Below are positions 55,250-64,000 of a stretch of DNA of 64,000 bases, in pieces. Position 1 is the stretch's first letter. Every line of letters begins with the position of its first letter. Made by a program: the position numbers and the translations under genes. The notes under the pieces are model-generated. The model was given only the letters and a program-made list of their open reading frames with translations. It was not told where the DNA came from and did no database searches. The DNA comes from Camelus ferus (taxonomy: Eukaryota), in assembly GCF_009834535.1 (NCBI RefSeq), contig NC_045696.1, positions 47,246,001-47,310,000 on the forward strand. Reading direction: 5' to 3'.

Positions 55250-57350
55250 CTCTTTTAAACATAAATTGTAGTATTTGTCTCTGAATATGTAATACATTCA
55301 TTTGGTTCCAAAGTCAAAGGTACTAGCCTGACCTTTATCTATACTCCCTGGAAGCAACAAACAATATTACCAGTTTCCTATATCTTACCAGAGATGTGTT
55401 ATGCACTTACAAGCAGATACTTTCTCATTTACACTTTCTCCAAAAGTATAACATACAGATTAATTGCTACTGCAAGGCTAGATGGTTTCCCCGAAGTGAA
55501 TACACCTGTACAGCAACTAGGTCAAGAACGAAAATTCTTTTAAAACTCCAGTATTCCTTTGTGTCCCTTCCTAGACAATGTCCCAACCACTCTTCCACAT
55601 CAGACTTCTGATAGGAGATTAATTTTATCCTAGCTATTCTTGGATCTTTGTATTTCCATATAAATTTTTCAATCAGCTTGCCTATTTATATAAAGAAAAC
55701 TGACTTAGAACTTCATATATAAACAGAATCTTACAGTGTATTCTCTTATACCTGGTTTCTTTAGCTTAGCATTATTAGGGAGATTCATATTTTTGCATGC
55801 AGCTGCATTCACACATTCTCATTGCTATGTAGCATTCCATTGTATAAATGTACCACAGTTCATCTGTCCATTGCCTGTTAGTGGCATTTAGTCTGTTTAC
55901 AATTCTTGGCTAGTAGGAATAGTACTGCTATGTATTGTATATGTCTTTGGTATACATATGCATTTAATTCTTTGGGGTAAATATTTAAGAGTGGAATTGC
56001 TGGGTCATAGTTTATGCATATGTTCAATGTTAGTAGATTAATACCAGTTTTCATAAATAGTTGTACCAATTTTCAGCCTATGAGTACTGCAACACTCTAC
56101 ATCTTTTACATTCTCATCTATGCTTGATATTATCATATTTTAAATTTTAACCATCTGGTGGTTGTGTACTGGTATTGCATTACCACTTAATTTTGCACTT
56201 CCCTGAAGATTAATAAAGTTGAGCAACCATTTCATATTTATTGACTAATTAAATTTTTTTTTAAATTTTTGCTCAGGTTATCTACTGGATTCAAAATTTT
56301 TTCTTATTCATATGTACAATTTTAAAATAAAACGTTTTAGATAAGAGTCCTTTGTTCAATATATGTATTGTAGATAACTTTTCCCACTCTGAGTTGCCTT
56401 TTCACTCTCTTGTTAGTGGTCTTCTCATGAACAGAAGCTCTTAATTTTAATGTAGTCCAACTTATCAGTTTTTTCCCTACATATTTCATGATTTTATTTT
56501 CTGTTTAAGAAAATCTTTTTATCCCAAGACTGTGAAGATATTCTGCTAGGTGTTTCTTCTAAAAGTTAATTTACCTTTCACATTTAGAGCTACAATCCTT
56601 CTGGAACTGATTTTCAAATTTGGTGTGAGGCAGGGGTCACAATTCAGCTTTTTCCCATGTGGATTTTCAATTGACCCAATGTCATTTATTGAAATGATGA
56701 TACTTTTAATTAAGACTGTACTATTATTAATCAGGAGACTATATACTGTGGATTTGGTTTTGGACTGTACCCTGTTCCATTTGGCTGTCAATCCTTATGA
56801 CAGTACTGTACTATATTACTTATTGGAGCTTTATATAAAGTCTTAATATCTGGTACTAGTAAAGTCCTTCATCTTTGTTCATTTTTTTTTTCAGGAGAGT
56901 CATGGTATTTTTGGACCTTTGCATATCCATATGAAGTTTATAATCAGCTTTCCAATGTTCACATACACCAAAAACAAAAACAAAAAAACTAGTTTGCTAT
57001 AATTTTGACTGACTTAATATGGTGAAGTCTTCCAGTCTATGAACCTGGTACACCATATTTACTTAGGCTTTTTTCTCACAATGTTTTATAATTTCAGAGT
57101 AGAAGCCTTGCACACATTTTATTGGATTTATCCTCTATGCACCTGACATTTAAAAAAAAATCACTAAATGAAATCAGTTTAAAATTTAATTTTCTATTTG
57201 TTCAACATTTTCTACATGTCCTTTGGTGAGCTTATGGACATGTCTCTTGGCTATGCTCCTAGGAGTGGAATCACCATGTCACGAAATATATACACATTCA
57301 GTAGAGTAGGCACCATGAAACAGTTTTCCATGAAGATTTGAGGAGGGTTC
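55250..57350 (-). mobile_element. Old L1 (L1ME/MC-like) fragments
   Basis: Reverse L1 motifs gagtggaattgctgggtcata, atgaacagaagctcttaattttaatgtagtccaa, ttttggacctttgcatatccatatgaa; ORF 55878-56069 has the L1 ORF2 C-terminal YDPAIPLL motif. Confidence 0.8.
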
Positions 57351-57494
57351 CAGAGTTTTGGTTACATTGTTTTTTTTGCTCTAGACAGTGTCTAAATGCC
57401 TATATTTAGTTTGAAAAAGTTCACGGAGCTGTGCACTTAGGTTTTTCTGTACATTATAGTTTTTAAAAAGTTTAAAACAAAAAGTGATGTATAC

Positions 57495-57570
57495 CTTTGA
57501 AGAAGAATCAGGATCCTTTCCATTAAGAAGACCTAATACTTGATTAAGACATGAAGAAAAGTGCTCATAC
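57495..57570 (-). CDS. CIP2A: CIP2A exon 8
   Basis: tAG|(R)[30 protein letters not shown]; 76 nt. Confidence 0.96.
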
Positions 57571-57842
57571 CTAGGTTTAAAATAAAAATATATCAAATGA
57601 TAATTATGAAATTAATACAGTAAAAAGGATTTATGTATAAGATAAATCATATTGTTCAGACAAAAAACTAGTTTTGGGACAGATTAATCAAGATGTGTAT
57701 TTTTGAAAAATGACATAACCTTATTTATCTAAGAAACACACACACCCTCTCACCCCTTGTTACACTTTTACATTTCCAGCCAGGAAAGCAAAAAGAATGG
57801 GAACAAAGCACATCAAAACATTTCAATTTTAGTCTATTGTCA

Positions 57843-58148
<306 letters not shown>

Positions 58149-58224
58149 CTAAAACTTAACAAAGAGCCTCAATGACTTTTAAAGTATCAGAGAATATAAA
58201 CTTCAGAATTATTTTCATAAATTA

Positions 58225-58380
<156 letters not shown>

Positions 58381-59234
58381 TTAAAAGATAAATTAGAATA
58401 AAAAAATTATGAGTGTTACATTTAGGTTTAGAAAGTATATCTCACACAGAGTAGGTAAACTTTTATTAAACATTATTATCAATCTAAGAGATCATTCAAG
58501 GAATGAGTGAGATGGTACATTCATACACTGCTTGTAGTAGTATAGATATGTACAATCTCAGTGAACAGCAGTGTTTAGTCATGGGTTTATAAGCACTTAT
58601 TTTTCTCCAACAGTTCCATGGCTCAAAATAACCCCCGCCAACAAAATAAGAAAAATCCAGCACGTAAACAAATGAGATATTGTTTAATTTAAAATTATAC
58701 TACTGCACAGCAAGGAAAGTGTTCACAAAGCACCTTAAAGAATCAATGAACTTTCTTGATTTAATGTATTTCTAACAGTGTAGTTTAGTTCACCTCATTT
58801 GAGTGCCTTCACTTATCACAAGTACTGGTCATGATGCTAGGCATTTACTCTGAATCTTTCTGAGAGAGCTGTAATTGATTTTGTATAACTAAGAGACTGA
58901 GGTAAATGAGATTGCCAATGGTGTGCCTCCCTGCCAGCACAAAATAATTTAGCATTTCTTGAATTATTCAGTAAGACAAATAATGGGATGCTATGGAGAA
59001 TAAAACTACTAGTATTCAACAACTGTATTAACCCTTTACTTGTCTTAATTAAACATATATTAAATTTAGCTGGAATATTTCAAGATATTTATATGTCAAT
59101 CTGATTCTTCATTAATTTTGATAGGTCAGCTGGATAACACATGAGAATTCTTGTTAAATATTTTTTAAAGAAAAAGGTGAATAAAATTTTCTTTAAGTAT
59201 AAAACCCACGACAAAACAAGACAGAAACATTTCA

Positions 59235-59351
<117 letters not shown>

Positions 59352-59861
59352 TTAAGAAAAATAATAAAGACAAAAACATTAAGCTCCTTCTAAATTATTC
59401 AAAAATTATATAGTAATTTATACATTTAAATTCCTTCCTTTTTATAGGCAAAAAGAAAAATATGACTAACATGTGAAGATTGTCAAGCTTTGAACAGTAT
59501 TTGTCATTTATTTCATGTTTTGAAACTAAATGATCCTACTCAATTGCAGCATAGAAATAATTAAGAGACCATGTGCTATCTTATCAGTATATTCTTCTGT
59601 CAAGAAGATTAATAACTAAACATGTAATATTCAGTTTCAACAAGTTTTTTTTAAATCAATTCATTTCATAAATTTTTGCTACGAAAATTAAAGTTGCTTT
59701 ACTCCATTTGATCCTTGAAACCATCTCTGAGGAGTAAGCAAGAATCAGAGTCTCAGTTTAAAAAGTTGAAAAAAATTATTTAAGAAAAATTGAACTATTA
59801 TATGGTTTTAGTTAAAAACAAACCAATAGATTATTTGGTTACATGTTTGGTTGCATACTCA

Positions 59862-60050
<189 letters not shown>

Positions 60051-60822
60051 TTAGAAGGCAGAGTTTAGAGTAAGAACTTCTCCATTTCTTGAAAAGGTTT
60101 TATCTTTTTTTTTTTTTTTTAACAAATACAAGTAATGAGACTACTAAAAACCTTAAGAGTTCCGCTGCTGATTCACACATTTCTATACATTCTATCTCAA
60201 ACAGAGCACCTTGTCAACAACCTGTCTCACTTAACCATCTTAAACTTAAATGCAAATTGAAACATACACATATTCCATCAATTCTAAGGTATACATTTTT
60301 TCATATTTTACCATCTTTAAAGGTGCATGTCAGTTTAATTTGCAATGTTTTTCCTTCTTACAACTGATGACATTTTAGGTTCAAGAAATTATTATGGGTA
60401 GAAGAGCTTTGAGTCTATGTTAAATAAAACCAAATCTATAGCTTCAATTTTTATAGAATGTTACACAGATTGAGGTTAGATGCCAACTCAAATTACAATT
60501 TGAATATAAATAGCTTACATCTCAAAATGCTGACATGTGTTTTTAAGTCTGTCAAAACAGCTATAATGTAGATTTGTCTTTCTTCAATAGTAGTATATGT
60601 GGATAAAATTCCCTTCTTTAGAAACTCTTAAATAGTAGTACATGTGTGATCAACCAGCTTTTAAATTTATTAATAGTGAGAACTGTGCCTCATCATGCAG
60701 TGTTACACCAGCATATAGTACACTATAAGTCAGTAGTTTATAACAGATACTATCAGTTTTGATCTGAAAATAAGGAAGGGAGAACAAGTATTAAGTGGAA
60801 AGTGCTGTGTGGGTGTATATAC

Positions 60823-60935
60823 CTGCAAAAACACTGAATCACTGTGGCAAGTGCTGCTCCGACAAACCACTCCTGCCAGCACATTATTCAGGTTGTATGT
60901 ATTCTGAAGACAGTCTCTGGTTTCACTGTCTACAG
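60823..60935 (-). CDS. CIP2A: CIP2A exon 3
   Basis: cAG|(A)[42 protein letters not shown]; 113 nt. Confidence 0.96.
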
Positions 60936-61394
60936 CTGTAAGTTAAAATAAAATCATACAAAATACATCATATATATATGTATATGGTCTTCATGGATGA
61001 AAGATAAATAATTTAAAATTTATTTTGTATTAAATTTATAATTATATAAAAATATCAAATATAATTTAGCTATTTTGTTTACAAATACCTTCCAGTTCAG
61101 AAGTTTGATTATGGTGGCTACTATATTGGACAACACAGAGAACATTTTCATCTATTTGACATGCTGCTCTATGTTACTACTAGATCATTGGGATTTTTAA
61201 AAATAAGCACGTATCAACTTTATAACCACACAGAAATATTTCCTCTCTACCCCTAAACACAAATCAAGAAAAAGAGTAACTGATGAATAAAAATTTAAAA
61301 ACTAAAGATAAGGTAGGGAAAAACAGAAAAAGTAACACTTGTATTTTAGCTTTAGAGCTAAGTTCAGTATAGTCTATCAAAAAAGAATGATGTT

Positions 61395-61533
61395 AGGGGG
61401 AGGGTATGCTCAAGTGGTAGAGTGTATGCCTAGGATGCACAAGGTCTTGGGTTCAATTACCAGTATCTCCTCGAAATATAAATAAATAAACCTAATTACC
61501 CCCCCAAATAAATAAATAAAATTAAAAAAAAAA
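61395..61533 (+). mobile_element. tRNA-derived SINE (camelid Vic-1-like, long form)
   Basis: A and B boxes, AATA-repeat/C-run tail and polyA; 16-bp TSD aaaaaagaatgatgtt at 61379-61394 and 61534-61549. Confidence 0.9.
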
Positions 61534-61637
61534 AAAAAAGAATGATGTTTTGATCACTAGCTGTGACTTTCCAGAGTGCTGTAGTCCATACTGGCACTAT
61601 GTGTATGCATTTTTTTTTCTTAATTCAAAAGTAGGCT

Positions 61638-61724
61638 AGGAGGAGGGTAAAAGCTCAGTGGTAGAGGGCATGCTTAGCATGCATGACTTCCTGGGTTCAA
61701 TCCCCAGTACCTCCATTAAAAAGA
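61638..61724 (+). mobile_element. tRNA-derived SINE (camelid Vic-1-like, short form)
   Basis: agctcagtggtagag...gggttcaatccccagtacctcca + short A tail; TSD aaaagtaggct at 61627-61637 and 61725-61735. Confidence 0.9.
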
Positions 61725-61927
61725 AAAAGTAGGCTGGCATTTCCCAAGGTACATTCTTTTTCGTAGACCACTGACTCTTTAATATGCTTCAGATTCTTTG
61801 TTCCAATAATTTTAGTAAAGAATGCACATAATATTCCCTTTTCAAGAGATCCACAACACAAAATAATTCTAAGAGGTCCTGAAACAAAGAAATCTTCTGA
61901 ATGTGAACCATTCTCTAAAAGATTCTA

Positions 61928-62140
<213 letters not shown>

Positions 62141-62189
62141 CTAGAAAACAGTCATTAAAATGTATTACTTAAGAACTGGCAATTTTCAT

Positions 62190-62555
62190 CTCTTCTCCAT
62201 TTCAAATAAAAACCCAGTTCTTTCAGAGCACCATTGCCACATTCTTTCCCAATTTATTAAATGCATATGTGCTATTCTCTCTACATGGAAGGCTACCTAT
62301 CCCTTCATTCACTAACTAATGTAATCCTGGTTTCAGTTTTGTTTCCTCCAGAAAGCTTTCTCTAATCCTCTTCCACTAACTAGGTTAGGTTTGCCTGTTA
62401 TACTTACCCTATAGTACATTATACTTTTATTTCATAAATTAACAAGCTTTTGCCAATCTAGCAATATTTATCCTCCCAGCTACACTGATCACTCTATGAA
62501 GACATAGATTACATATCAACATTCTACTATCAATATACTTTTTGAATAAATGAAG
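62190..62555 (+). mobile_element. L2 LINE 3' fragment
   Basis: tgtgctattctctctacatggaagg...ttcctccagaaagctttctctaatcc...tttttgaataaatgaa. Confidence 0.55.
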
Positions 62556-63469
62556 TCCATACATTCATTCTACCTCATTTGAGGAAAGCAAATGGAAAGT
62601 GGAAAGCAGCTAAATTCAAAAGCTTAGCTATGTGATTAACTATATGGTTGCTCCTTCTGCTCCCTACCAGACAGTACCTGAGCCCAGAAGTTAGAGATTA
62701 CAAAGAAGGAAGTTAAAACAATTTTTTAAGTAGTCAGGTCAGGCATTGAAAAATTTTATTATTTGTTATTCCACTTTTCACTTTTCTCTTATAACCCTAT
62801 AAGCACACCCCCTATCTGAACCACCTCCCGAAAAGGTAAAGCTGGGATTGAAGTCTGGGAATAGTTGTCAGCCAGCCACTTATTTTCAAAACACTTTATG
62901 AGTATTATTCACTATTATGCATATCTTTTCTATAAAAATAAGTTACTTTAGAATTAGATTAAATCTGTTCTAAATGTTTTTATTTTAAAAGACTTAAAAA
63001 AAAAAAAGACTGTATTCAGGCTGTTTCAGCATCCCTCTTTCTTTCTTTTCTGTATCCCTCTTTTATTCCCTCACCCAGATGTCAGTTTTTCTTCTAAAGC
63101 TTTGCTGTTAAGAGATCTTCAGAGTATCTGTTCCCACAGAGTATGTGTTTTAACATTAAAGTAAAAGTCTATCAGACTGAAAAAACAGGTCCAAAGGCAA
63201 AGTTAGACACTGATGGTAAACATTTTGGGGTAAGGAACCTCTTGAGCATTGCCCTTTTGTCTGCTTATACAGCTAGCCCTCTAAAAGATTAAGATATTTT
63301 CTACTATAAATACAATTTCCCTCAGGACTGGACCTGTATTTCAACAACATAAATATTCTAAGATATAATAATTATTTATTACAAGGTAAAATTAAAAAAA
63401 ATTTACATATTTCCTCTTTACTCATACACACTGAATGTTTTAATGAGAATAGAATTTATTTCATTAATA

Positions 63470-63660
63470 ACTAATACTCTAGCATTTGCTCTGGCCTAGC
63501 CATGGTTCTAGGTACCATATATATGTTATTTCTTTCATCTTCATAATAAACCTGTAAGTTGGTGCTAATTATTTTACAGATGAGTAAACTGAGGAACAAA
63601 TAGACAGCAGTACAACTGGGATTTATTGCCCCTAAATCTATGCTTACAATCATTACCTAA
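63470..63660 (-). mobile_element. MIR SINE
   Basis: tcttcataataaacctgtaagttgg...attttacagatgagtaaactgagg. Confidence 0.7.
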
Positions 63661-64000
63661 GATTAGTGCTATGAAACACCAACAAGAATGAGACCAGCTC
63701 AGCTCTGCCAATCATAAAAAAATTCAAAGTTCAAGTTCTGCAAAAAGAAAAAAGTACTGCAGCAGAAGTGCAGCAGGATAGCAGAGTGAATAATCTCCTT
63801 TCACATGATACCCATCTCTCTTTGTATCCTCAGATGTTGCTCTCATGAGGTCTGCACAAAGATATTCACCATAATATTATCAACCAAAATGGTTAAAACT
63901 TAAAAATATAAGAACACCAAGGAGCAGTGTGGATAAATGACAGCATATATTGCTGGCTGGAGGGTACATCGGTGTAACTTGTGGAAAACTGGTAGACCTA

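Noticed and set aside
55878..56791. ORFs with L1 ORF2-like residues
   Set aside because: Short decayed pieces of an old L1; no intact retrotransposon ORF

Overview
AT-rich mammalian genomic DNA. Three tRNA-Ala-like SINEs resembling the camelid Vic-1 family suggest a camelid (inference). The window holds the conserved MYH15-CIP2A neighbourhood, with both genes on the minus strand. CIP2A (KIAA1524) coding exons 2-21 run from 62140 down to the TAG stop at 37312. All 20 exons were read with splice sites and consistent phases; exon 1 lies beyond the right edge. Intron 10 is a U12-type AT-AC intron. The first coding exon of MYH15 (MDLSELGEAAAFLRRSEAEL...) is at 2184-2271, and the rest of MYH15 lies beyond the left edge. 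The remainder is intronic or intergenic and filled with L1, L2, MIR, LTR and DNA-transposon relics. I see no convincing new biological system. The most interesting leads are a recursive-splice-site-like motif upstream of the MYH15 coding exon, the minor intron, a closed MYH15 N-terminal extension, a candidate TATA promoter, a 5' half-tRNA-Gly retrocopy and a twin-primed L1. Repeat family names and human comparisons are from memory of consensus and protein sequences, not from searches; repeat boundaries without TSDs are approximate.
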